Shown here: positions 1 through 11,480 of the stretch, in pieces
Position numbering within the stretch: position 1 is the first letter of the stretch
Layout of the letters: each line of letters opens with the position of its first letter
From: Epiperipatus broadwayi
Taxonomy: Eukaryota; Animalia; Onychophora
Direction of reading: 5' to 3'
Assembly (NCBI GenBank): GCA_028023455.1
Contig: JAQFVV010000009.1
Coordinates: forward strand, 12,772,001-12,836,000
Length of the DNA stretch: 64,000 nt
Translations under genes and position numbers: made by a program
Notes under the pieces: model-generated
The model's input: the letters and a program-made list of their open reading frames with translations, nothing else
What the model was told of the DNA's origin: nothing
Databases searched by the model: none

Positions 1-480
1 AGTAGTAAGATGAAATATAAAGTAAAAGTCGCAATTAAATAGGTTACAAAACATCTTAAAGTTATATAAAATATTTTTATTTCCTTTATATTGCATTCAA
101 CTTCTATCTATTTATTTAAATCAGTGCTATTCACTAATAAATAACATTTTTTAAAGAGAGAATATCTTGAAAGAATAAGCATGAGATAGCCATATGGTAT
201 GGCAACACATATAGTATACGCTTGTTTTAATGACTGTTCTTTAGAACTGACAGCATATGAGTTAATTACTTTCAATAATTGCAGTAATCAAAGTCGTTTG
301 TTTGAAGTTTTAACAATTACCGTTAGCACTACGATTTATAACGAAACCAAGTTTATAAATTCTCTTTATTTCTAACTTATTTAATAAATAATATAACGTT
401 AATCAAAATGAGTGATTATATATTATACGAGTTGCTTAGATAAAATAAAAAGACTTTCGATTCAATATTTAATTAAAACG

Positions 481-500
481 GGGGTGGGTGGGTGGGTGGG
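481..500 (+). repeat. (GGGT)n microsatellite, G-quadruplex-forming motif
   Basis: ggggtgggtgggtgggtggg: five G-runs with 1-nt loops, inside a CpG-retaining stretch (1-1030). Confidence 0.8.
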
Positions 501-768
501 TTACTGCCTTACATTTTATTCTCGGAATCGATATATATATATATATTTCATTAATGTAAAATAAATCCAACCATGATCTGATAATTGTAGTGGAAATAAA
601 AAACAAAAAACAAATGTATTGTATTTAATACATTTTAATCAATCATGTATAAATAAAATCAAAAATAATTGAGGAAAAACTTTACAATAATTATTAAACT
701 TCTAGATACAGGGATACTCATTTAAATTAACGACTCGACTTATATATAGTCATACATTTTTTTTCCAT

Positions 769-870
769 ATGTTAAAGCATTGGCGGAAGCGAACCCGCGA
801 TAACCTTCTGCAAGCAACTGCTTGCTTGCAAGGCCGCTGTGCTGACCTCTCGGCTATTGATGCTTGACAT
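769..870 (-). mobile_element. tRNA-Gly-derived short SINE, copy 1 (anticodon position TGC, internal insertions)
   Basis: Minus strand reads GCATCAATAGCCGAGAGGTCAGCACAGCGGC-CTTGCAA-GCA...GGGTTCGCTTCCGCCAATGC, flanked by ATGTCAA / TTTAACAT, an A-rich tail and an 8-bp TSD (acattttt at 754-761 and 867-874). It aligns with copies at 17.6, 34.5 and 57.7 kb and with the canonical eukaryotic tRNA-Gly(TCC) body. Confidence 0.75.
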
Positions 871-1035
871 TTTTAATACAACTAAATATAATTTCAACAC
901 CATATTAATAAATATATAAATAGGATTATACAGAAATATTTCACTACTAAAAATAATCACAAGAAGATTTGCTAAATAATATTAAAAATCTATATAACGC
1001 GCTATTTCCCCCTGTCTCCGTTTATTGATCTACAG

Positions 1036-1330
1036 CAGTAGTAGTCAACCTGGTCCCTACCACCCACTAGTAGGCATTCCAGCTTTCATGGTGAGCGGTA
1101 GGGGTTTTGTCCGACACTGAAGCACTTTATTTTTTTTAAAATTTTAATTTAAAAAAATTTAATAGAGATTTATATGCTTTGGCTTGCTGTAACTGTACTT
1201 TATAAATTTTATAAAGTAAAGTTACTTCCCTACTTTATAAATCACCATTACTGTGGAACCGGTTAAATTTTTTTACTACTAACAGATATACAAAAGTGGG
1301 CGGTAGGTATAAAAAGGTTGACTACCTCTG
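1036..1330. mobile_element. hAT-superfamily MITE (non-autonomous DNA transposon, 295 bp)
   Basis: 16-bp TIRs CAGTAGTAGTCAACCT / AGGTTGACTACCTCTG (14/16 match); perfect 8-bp TSD ATCTACAG at 1028-1035 and 1331-1338; subterminal CTACC(A/G)CCCAC motifs at both ends. Confidence 0.93.
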
Positions 1331-1849
1331 ATCTACAGGGATGAGTATTCTGCGACTGAGTTTTATTTCTGGTAATCTGAAAAATGCTAGGCTATATTTT
1401 TTAAACTTTACTGGAATAAGCAATAAAACAGGGAAACAACTTATAGCTAATCTTTTAATTATTTTTCATTCCTGTAAAGAGATTAAATATAAGTCATTGT
1501 TTTTCATTTTATTATACATGATCAGTAAATTGAAAGGTTATTTACTTTGTAAATTACAAATTGTATCCTACATATAAATATTACTTAACATTGACAATGT
1601 ATTGTATAATCTTTCCCTCCTTCAGAAAACATCTTTCACTTCATATGAACTCCTGGAGATGCCTGGATGATTTTCCTTTTCTCTAACTATATTGGTTTGA
1701 TATTGTAGCTATTTTGTTAGTCTTAGGTAAATATTTAATTTCTTGAGGTTTCTGCACCAAAGTCTTCAGCATCATTTATACCCCCCCCCCCCCAAACTCT
1801 TCATGCTATTGTTGCTAGGGTTATCATCTATTTCATCTTTAAATAACAG

Positions 1850-4800
1850 GTTTATGGCAATGTCTTTGATTATCTATATGTTTCCAGAAAACATAATTAT
1901 TCACAGTTTTAACACTTCCCATTTGATTAGGTATTATTGCCATGCTATATAACCCTTCAGCCATATTCTGTTTTAATTATCCTAATCCAAACCGTATCAC
2001 CCACTTAATGTTTTGATTATTTCATAGAATAAACTCATGAATTACTCTTATCAGAAATTAAGAGTGATAGTTTCATCTTCATTTTTTTTATTCATAAATA
2101 ATTCAACAGACAATTATTCTGTTGCTGTAGGTGGCATGTGATGATGCAATATGGCTGTACATAATATTTCATGGATGTCAGCCTAATTAAGTTTTTTTTT
2201 AAAACTATGAGTTGCTGAATTGCCTTTCAGTAAATCCATATAATTCAGGATAGCATGAAGATAATATTATATATCTAATATTTCCTTAATTCACAAATTC
2301 TTCAAACTTATTGAATATAAATCCAATTATAAACATCTTATCTTGGAATTACCCCATAAAAAGCAACTCTCTCTCTTAGCTTTTTTACACTTTCTGTATT
2401 CTTTATGGACTTATATTCTGCCCATTGTGAGTATGCATGAATATCATCCACAAATTCTTCAAACTTGTCATGTATAAATCCAGTTGCAATACTTATTGTA
2501 AGACAGCCCACAATAAGCTAATATCTCTTAGCTTCTTTGTTCAATTATTCTTTACAGATTTATATTTGACTCATCTGAAGCATATATTGATTATGGCATC
2601 CTTTACAAATTCTTTAAATGCATTATGGTAAGAAGATAATAGCAAATTAATTTTAACACCTGCTCCCTTCCATGTAATATAACATTGTTTCCTATCAGAC
2701 TGTGCTTCATTTACTCTAAAATGAGAGAGAATTCTTTGTCTTTGTGTTGCCATCTTTCAAAAATCAATTTCATGAGAACTTAATATTCTTTGTCCACACC
2801 CATGCACACACACACATATATAGCTATAATTTTATTAAGACCTGCGTGAATAACATATCTATATTATTGATTTCAGCTTCATCTGTATGAATTTCTATTT
2901 TGTCTGATATTCTTGGCAGACCTTTGTATGATAAAATTCTATTTGATGCACTAGTTTAAAACTATATTCTGATAAAAATGCAGCATGTCTGTGAATTTTT
3001 TTAATTCCAAAAATAACTGTGAGCACTTTTTGTTAAATTATAATTTATCTTGGGTTCTTGACATATGAAGGTGATCACTTTTTCACTCTCATAGGCATTT
3101 ATAGATAATACTATTTTTAAGTTATTATTAAAGTCATTAACAATTTATCTGAAGTCAGTAGAGTTTTAGTACATGTGAAAGTCTTTTTTTGAGCTGTCCT
3201 CACACTTTAGCTTCTGATTTTTTATAACGAAGATCATGTATTAATAATACTAAGTGAGAGTTTCCCTTTTAAAAAACCCTTGTAAAAAAGTCCTAAAAAT
3301 TCTTGATGTTTGCAGACATATAGATTTTCTTTAACTACTCTAATGTTTTCTGGAGTAAATATTTCTCTCTGTCCTTAGTTTATTTCTTCTATTTCACAAA
3401 TACACTTTTCAGGGTTTAATCTTACTCCAAATTTAGCTAGGTGTTTATATACACTCATTACTCTGATTTTAAGAGCTGCTTCAGATATTGCTATAAAAAG
3501 TATGCCATTATAATATCTTAATAGTGTATTATTCTCCCAATTTCTTGAATGAATGTATTCCTTGTAGTCTGGAAAACATTTAGAGTCATTATAAATCCAA
3601 GAAGATAAATGATTGCTTAAAAAAGCCTACAAACATTGTAAGTGTTAGTACCTTTGCTGAATCCTTATATACTGGAAACTCGTAATGTTAAATCCTTATG
3701 CCAAGTATAGCAAAATAAGATATTCAGTACTTATCCTAACATTTAGCATTGGATGTATGTTTTTACACAAATTTTTATTTGCAGTTATATGATAATAACA
3801 AGAGTAACATACTTGGATTTTTATTATTATTATTGGTGTTCCCTTTTTAACTAAGCATCGAAATTTCATCTTCTATTTTTACATTTTGAAAGTCAGATAA
3901 ATTTTGTGATTTACATACAAACCTGTTTTGTATTTTAACCCTTTCATGTTCAGATTTAAATAAATTATGAAAACAATCCAGAATTTTTTTTTCCCTATAG
4001 AAATATGCTTTACTATGTGAAACAACTGCTAAAGGATTGAATTCATTCATAATTTAAAATAAATTGTAATTTTATTTTTCACAATATATACATTTAAACC
4101 TGTATCTTTGAAGTGTAGTCTAACTGAAAATTTGACAACTTCACACACACACATATAAATATAAATTGTGTGTTTGAAGATTAGATATTTCAATATATGG
4201 TAGATTTATGGATTTATTTAACAGAAGTTCATGATCTCTTTTTAATATTAGTGATATTCTTACACACTATTTATGTTCAGCAAGATATTGCATTTACATA
4301 TATTCATAAATGTCTTTTTCCCTGACTGAGCACATCAGAATTTTTTACTAAAATACTTACAAAAAGATGCTAAAGAATCATTTTTTAAAACAAATCTGTA
4401 AATAGAAGGTACTTAGCTTTTTGCAATATTAATGCCAATTTATTTTGTCAGATAAAAGGAGATTCTCTTCTATCTGACCTTCATTTTATTATATTTGTAA
4501 ATAAATTAAGCATTGATACCCGAAAATACTGAAATTTCAAATGAACAGCAATCTTCATTTTTGTATAAATCCGATTGTTCCAAATAATAATTTAAATATA
4601 ATACTAATGATTTTAATCAACAATCATATGTAATGTTAGAAATATAAATCTATTTCATAGAACAAATGTGTCCAAATACTTTAACCCATGGTCAGATAGA
4701 AGAGGATCTCCTTTTATCTGACAAAATATTTGGCATTGATATTATAAAAAAAAAAGGTATATTTACAAGTTTATTTAAAAAGTAGATTTTTTAGAATCTG

Positions 4801-5720
4801 CTTGCAATATATACTACACTAATGTATTCAGACATGTTTGTTCCATGAAATAGATTTATATTCTTAATGTTACATTTGATCAGCAGTAAATACATGTTGT
4901 TTAAAACCATTAATTTATAGACTCTATTGAAGTTTTTTCAGTTGCATTTTACTAATTTTCCCACCTGTTTATTATTTACAAATTACCAGTAGATGATTTT
5001 TCCCCCTACTCTTCTGCTCTCTGGAAAACTTTTGCTACAAGACCTATATTTTTGCAGATATCACATTTTTCATTTGAAATTAACTACATGCTAAATAGCC
5101 TTCTTTTTCAGAGCAAAAACACTTCCACTTTCTTGAATCATATCCCCCCCCCCTCCGATTTTTCTTGCATTTAAACTTTCAGTTTTATTAATAGACACGC
5201 GTTAATTTTTCCTGCAAGCAGTATTATTTTGAAATCGTTTGCATAGGTTTAATACTAATTAACATACTAATCACTTTTATAATGATATCTGAATATATGA
5301 GGTTTGTATTGGCTAGAAGTTATTGTCACAATATCATATCTGTTATTTCCCTTAAAAATTGTTCAGAGGAATGTTTTCTTCATGAAATGTTTCTATAGAC
5401 TGCTTTTTTAGCTAGATCTCAAGAGCGATATATTTTCTTTTTATACTCACTTTTTTGAATTGTTTTCTATTTCAGAAATAGAATCTAGTCATATGCTTAA
5501 ATGGTACAGGATTAAAAACAGTTGTTTCTCTATTATTTCATTATAAGAAAAATCAGAAGTTGATGGATTACACATTCTATTCGAGACCTCCCTTCTCTCT
5601 CATAAAACATAATAATGTTTCTAGCTTTGATTTATTGTTGCCAGTCTTTATCTAATACAAAAATTACTCTATGTAGGCCATTCTATTAGGTTCCATAATT
5701 AATCACTTAAGTCATATGTG
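1850..5720 (-). mobile_element. Highly decayed Ty3/Gypsy LTR retrotransposon internal region (gag-pol remnants)
   Basis: Hand translation of the minus strand gives gag-like 'SYNEIIEK..FNPVP..RFYF*NRKQ' (~5400-5540), RT-like 'KHLAKFGVRLNPEKCICEIEEIN' (~3380-3450), RNase H end 'AFLSEYSFKLV' (~2950-3000) and integrase C-terminal 'GDTVWIR' (~1980-2000). Many stops and frameshifts; boundaries approximate; LTRs not resolved. Confidence 0.6.
4365..4799. mobile_element. Foldback/MITE-like element with ~115-bp imperfect inverted arms, nested in the old Gypsy
   Basis: Arm core gcaatattaatgccaatttattttgtcagataaaaggagattctcttctatctgacc (4423-4479) is the reverse complement of 4690-4745 with few mismatches; ~210-bp spacer; no TSD seen. 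Confidence 0.7.
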
Positions 5721-5920
5721 TGTATATCTGACCAAATCAGTATTAAGTTAGTTAATTTATGAGTTTCTTGTTCCACCTTGGGTATTAGATCATTGAACAG
5801 AGGTGAAAGGATTGAATGTTGGCCGGATTCTGGATCCCAGCATCCAGATTTGATCAGTTTTAGTGTATTTTGCCTGTGTTCTAGATTTTGTTATGTGGAG
5901 GGACAATTCTTACCATTACA

Positions 5921-8625
5921 CCATAAGTTGTGTAACTACAAATAAACAATCTCCTATATGCCTATCTGACCTAAAACCTCCTTGCATTTTCCCCATTACA
6001 TTAGTCTCTTCCATCCATTTTACAACTGTTCCAGCCACCATATATGAGAAAACTTTCTATAAAACTGATGTTATCGCTATCGGTCTATAATTATTTGAAC
6101 TTTCTATGATCCTTACCCTTTCCTTTAAATAATAATCTTACTCTTGTATTACTCCAACTACCTGAAAAAACTCTCTTCTGTGCCATCTTATTAAAACATA
6201 ATAATAACTTTGCTTTTGCTCTATGCCCTAAATTCATTACCATCTCTGCTGTCCATCCATCTAAACCTCTCACCTTTCCAATCTCTTCCCTGCTTCATTC
6301 AGTTAATTTTTTGTGAACCTAACATTCTCATTACTAAATGCTTTCATGTTTTCTATCACTAAGTCCTTCACATCTAACATCTTTTCTATATCCATTACAT
6401 ATCTATTTAAGATTCTCTCTAACTCTTCTCTAGAGCTACATTCTATTCCCTCATCATCTATTAATACTATCTCTCTCTCTCCCCTACATGTCTCCTTTTA
6501 ATGTAATTCTCAAATTTTTTACTCCCATCTCTTCCACTTTTATTAATATCCTCCAGCAATTTACTATTCAACTTCATCCTCTCTCTTTAATTATCCATTT
6601 TAGCCAACTTTTTTAAAAAATACTTTTCCCATTTAGCATTTAATATCGTTTTCACTTTCTTTGTTCTTAATATCACACTTATATCCTCTGCATGCTTCTT
6701 TCCTCTCTTTTATACTTTTACTCTCATTTTTTTATTACTTTTATTCTTCTGCATATTCTCAAATAAAACCTTATTTGCCACTTTTTCTATTTCATCACAC
6801 CACTCCTTATACTCACCCCCAACCAACTGTTCCATGGCTTCTTCAACTTGTATTTTATACTCTTCCAACTTATTCTTATCATTCACTCTCCATCCACATC
6901 TTTCATTATTGTTTCTACCTTTATTTCTATCCTCTATCACATTACTAACCATTTCTATTACAATAAAGTTAGATCACTATTACATACTCTCTCTTCATTA
7001 TCAAACACTTTAATTTTCCGTATTTTATCCATTCCCTCTTTCTCTACCAATACATAATCTATTGTGTGAAATATATTATTCTTAGACCATGTGTATTATT
7101 CCTCATAAATATTTGATAAATTCCCAATGCTCAAATTTTCTCTTTGACAAAATTCCTTCAAAAACTGACCATTCTTATTATCTACATAATCAATTTCTTC
7201 ATTCATATCCCCTATAATCATTATTCTCTTCCTCTTTTCTTTAAAACTCTGTATATCCTTAACTAGGCATTCATATATACTACTGTTCCACTCCATTACA
7301 GTTTGACTATCTCCAGTAGCTATATACACTACAGCCACCTTCCATTCTTGTCTACCCAACCTTATTTCAAACCACAAATGCTCTTGACATTTAACAATAT
7401 TTAAATATTTTTTCGATATAACACCCATACACCATCCTTTTTCTTTTCTATTTGTTCCACATCTTCCAAAATAGGTTCTTCTTCTTCTCTTAGATGTGTT
7501 TCCACTACTGCTAATACCTCAAGCTCTTCATTTTCAATTGCTTTGTTTAATTCCAGCCACTTTTCTGGTCTCCTACCACCTTGCATATTCAAAAACCCAA
7601 TTTTAACAATTTCTTCTTTCCTAACTATCTTACCATTAATCTTACAGATCTATTCCCTCTCCACATCTACACTTATATCTAAATCAACCCTCTTTTGCTT
7701 ATTTCTTATATCCCATCTATTCTTCTTCTTTTTGATAATATACAAGCCCACCCTCCTTTAAAAGTTTCCTGAATTATATTCTTTAAACATCAGACTCCCT
7801 AAAACTTCACTTCCTTGCTTTCCTAAGTGCAATCCATCTTTACTATATAACTCCCTCTTTCCAATAAACCAATCCCATACATCCACAAACATATTATTTC
7901 TCTCATACAATTTTTTCATTCTTTCATTTATAGAACACACCCTATCTAACAAATGCCTCTTGTCAAATCTTGGTAATACTCCAACTACCCCTACTCTTCC
8001 TTTAATCTTACTCAAATTCCTAATCAATTGTACATACTCATCCAATATTCTCTCTGATGGCTCTGACAAATTATTAGTCCCTACCATAACATATACATCT
8101 CTATTATTGTTTTCTTACTTTATCTGTCACATTCCTAATTCTAGTTCCAGGCAAATATACTCTTATATACCTCCTATTTTCCCTTGCAATTATATCCCCA
8201 CATTCTCTGATTAGTGAACCTCCTATCAATACTGTCTCATAGTCTACTTTCTCTATTCCATATGTAACATTTTCTACCACCTTATGGACCTCCTTATCCA
8301 TTTCTTCCTTATCATTTCTACTCAATAATTCCTTTATCTGCTCACACTTTGTCTCTAACAATTTTAATTTTACTTCTACATCTTCACTTCTTCCTCTCTT
8401 ACTTATTCTCTGGCTAACCATCTCCATTGCATTACTACTTTCTTCACCCATATCTCCTGACACTCCACTAAAACCATACTGTGTCCTATCTTCCTTAACT
8501 ACATTTTGCTCCCTCTCCCCTGCCTTTCTCTCTAGCCTATTTACACTTAGAAACCACTTTCTCACCTCTTTTATCACATTTATGCACTGACTACATAAAC
8601 AGAAACTTGTTACACCCTTCATATT
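5921..8625 (-). mobile_element. RTE-X-like LINE, 5' half (ORF1 esterase, APE endonuclease, start of RT), 3'-truncated
   Basis: Broken ORFs 8104-8622 and 7758-8087 (ORF1), 7401-7592 and 7096-7428 (APE: FLNMQGG, VVETHL, IIGDMN) and 6091-6273 (KAKGLDG-type linker). 5921-6730 is homologous to 47329-48141 of the LINE copy at 45.6-48.1 kb. Confidence 0.85.
7758..8622 (-). pseudogene. LINE ORF1 with SGNH/GDSL hydrolase (esterase) domain, frameshifted
   Basis: SGNH blocks are visible: VLIGGS (block I, GDS variant), VGTNN (block III) and KDGLHL (block V), preceded by a coiled-coil-like region and a CxCxxC stub. Confidence 0.8.
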
Positions 8626-8753
8626 TAATAATATAATAATAAATTATACTTTTTTATATATTACAATTTACTAAAGTTCTCTTTGCATAATATCTCATGC
8701 AGTGTTCTTACTGTTTGTTTTTGCCCCCACTAAACCAAATGTATTTCTAATAG

Positions 8754-8850
8754 ACCCCCTGAAGGGAAGAGCAAGATCTGAGTCTGCAAGTAAAAATAAG
8801 AGTCACAAATTGATAGTTTTAACCATTTCTGCTATGAAAAATTATCTCAG
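8754..8850 (+). other. Candidate internal exon of an unidentified host transcript (97 nt)
   Basis: Acceptor tttctaatAG, donor CAG|GTAAGT, one open frame (PLKGRARSESASKNKSHKLIVLTISAMKNYL). No protein family recognised and no partner exon confirmed. Confidence 0.3.
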
Positions 8851-9273
8851 GTAAGTGATGTTATATATCTTTTTTTTCAGCATTTTATGACAAATATGAT
8901 GAAGTTGTTTATGAAAATGTTATTTTAACATTTATCTTTCAAAATTTAGAATTTGTGAACAAATGTAAAAACAAAACATTTAAAAAAGTATTAAAAAATC
9001 TTTTTTTTCTTAATTTTTTTTTGAAGTAATGACTATTTTATCAACTTTATTACATTCTTTCATATTTGCTCTTTCTAACTATGTACCTATTTTTATATTT
9101 ATTGCATTCAAACAGAAGATATATTGTAAATTATATTTGTTATAATTTTTTTTTAAATTCAAGATGGCGACTTGCAGAGGAGGGGGGGGGTTTAAGAAAC
9201 AAAATGAAAAAATTATAATTTTTTTTTCTTTAAAAACTATAGCTATCAAAATATTTTACTATAAATATGCTTA

Positions 9274-9507
9274 TGCGCTTTGCAGATTTTAACTATAAAT
9301 GACTGAATACTAACACTTCAAACACATGATAAAGTCTTTGGGAAAAGATAGAGTGGCCACTCTATCTTTTCCCAAAGACTTTATCATGTGTTTGAAGTGT
9401 TAGTATTCAGTCATTTATAGTTAAAATCTGCAAAGCACATGTGCAACATCTTAATGCTGTTTAACTATTACAGTTTATAAACATCGCACTATATAAAATA
9501 ATTGATT
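9274..9507 (+). mobile_element. Palindromic non-coding retro-insertion (335-bp-monomer family) with 14-bp TSD
   Basis: Spacer-less perfect 160-bp palindrome 9277-9436 centred on TGG|CCA; TSD TATAAATATGCTTA at 9260-9273 and 9508-9521; same sequence family as 19191-19957. Confidence 0.9.
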
Positions 9508-11104
9508 TATAAATATGCTTAATAAAATATTTACTTATTAATTCAAATATTTATATATTTTGAATTTAAAATAAATTAATTCTTTCTCCATAGGAACTCA
9601 TTCTAATTGTTTATTTTTTTTATATGTAAGGTGATTGATTTTTGATGCATTTTGGGCATCAATTGTCACTACAATTCCAGAATAAAGGTGTGCAAAAAAG
9701 GTTTGGTTAAAAAACTCATGTGATTAGATCTAAGGTATGCAGAGATGTTTTAAAAACAATAAAAATTTAAAAAATCCATAATAACATAAATTAAACCATT
9801 AAACATAACACAAATTATTATGTTTAACTAGAATGAATATTATAGATTGGTTAAATGAAATCCAGTTAACAAGAATATGTTTAAAATTCCAAAAATGTAT
9901 ATTTGTCACAGAATTGAAATATTTAAAACATGTGGGCTGAAAAATTAAATAGCATCAAATATCAATTGTTAATAAATTAGTAGATTAACTGAGTAGATAT
10001 CATGTCTGAAGAAATGTTTTAAATATAATATAAAGATATAAAAACTGAACAGTTCAAATTATAGTGACTATGTAGACATGGAATGAATATGATATGAAGA
10101 TCTTTGATTGAAAGGTATCATGAGAAATATGGGTGATAAAGAAAAATAAAAATAATTTGAAATATCACTAAGGAGGAAATCAAAAAATAAGATAGACAAA
10201 AAAATAAATAAATAGAAAGATTGAAATACTATAAAGCAAGAAGAAATCACATTTATTATGTAAAAAAAAGAAAGAAAGAAGATAATGTTAAAAGGAAAAC
10301 ATTTATAGTTAGCTACAAACTGAAAATTACAAATATAATGGCATGGGGGAATGCAAATAGTCAAATAATAATTAAAAGACTTTTTTATTATTATTAATAA
10401 ATTCAACTAGTTTTAAAAAATTATAACTTCAAAATTACTTGCTTATTAAATAAATGAAATAATAAAGCCTGTTTCCTCAATTTGAAAATATTTTTTAAAA
10501 ATTTACTAAAAAGACTGACAATTTCAAAAATTATTTTTCTAGTTAAAACACAGACATATATAGGATTACAATAATGTTTTATGTCTTCAGATTAAAAAAA
10601 AAAATACATATATATCTATTTGAAAAAGTCAATAAATATATAATAAAACTTTTTGTCATTAAAAAAACAAAAACAAGTAATATTTTCCTTAAGGTTTGCG
10701 ATGATGCTATTTTTGTAACGACATTCAATACTTAATATTAGATGATGGAAATAGCTCAATGTATAAATACACAATAAGTAATGTTTAAAAACATGATTAT
10801 GCTCAACAATAATGAAGAAAAAGTTGAAATATTTTTCCCCATTCACGATGAATTTATACTTGATAAATTGCAATACAAATCTGTAAACTAAAATCTTAAG
10901 GGATACAATTGAAAATATAGTAATCAAAACCAAATGACTATTTAACTCAATACATGTGTGCATATTTATAAATATATAAATAATATCATAACAGCCAAAG
11001 TTCAAATCTGCACAGAAGTTTTAAATAAAGCTGTTTGAAGGTACATTAATCAATAATCATTTTTACAATAATTATTTTGAATTATTTCCATTACTTGAGA
11101 GTTG

Positions 11105-11480
11105 TTATTTCTCCCCACTTCTTCAGGTGTCTGACCAGTGACAGTACTAGCATGAGGACACACACAATATTACATTTAAGATGATAACCTAATCAACTAG
11201 GCTCTTCAGACAAAGGCAATAATTAATAAAAATATTATATACTTATCTATGATGGCCCTTCTGAATTCTCCATTCTTTTTAAGAGCAGATTAACAAAGTT
11301 TACAAACATTGTGAATTTTCACATTAGATTAAGTTATGGGATTATTTGTCATTATCATGTAAGTAATCCTAAATTTTTATCTTTTTCATTTTCACTTTTT
11401 ACACTATATTCAAGACTTTTATCAATTCTAATAAGAATTATTTTACTCTATCATCTTAATCTTTACCAATTAAGTGCACA
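11105..11480 (-). mobile_element. Decayed Penelope-like element 3' fragment (GIY-YIG tail, tRNA-like module, hammerhead remnant)
   Basis: Colinear similarity to 52290-52700 (e.g. cttcttcaggtgt..ctgaccagtgacagtac; caaaggcaa..tatacttatctatga). Confidence 0.65.

Noticed and set aside
772-960. 62-aa ORF and other short AT-rich ORFs (e.g. 1341, 10068, 10616, 12459, 24065, 24225, 32345, 43924, 50200, 57529, 60720) as host genes
   Set aside because: Low-complexity Ile/Phe/Leu/Lys-rich translations typical of chance ORFs in very AT-rich DNA; several overlap SINEs or decayed LINEs.
7750-7775. Programmed -1 frameshift heptamer TTTAAAG at the LINE ORF1/ORF2 junction
   Set aside because: The heptamer is not in the required X XXY YYZ phase relative to ORF1.
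5863-8214. Plus-strand ORFs within the LINE (and likewise 45453, 46266, 52528, 61524, 62059, 63187, 63738)
   Set aside because: They are antisense shadows of retroelement coding frames.
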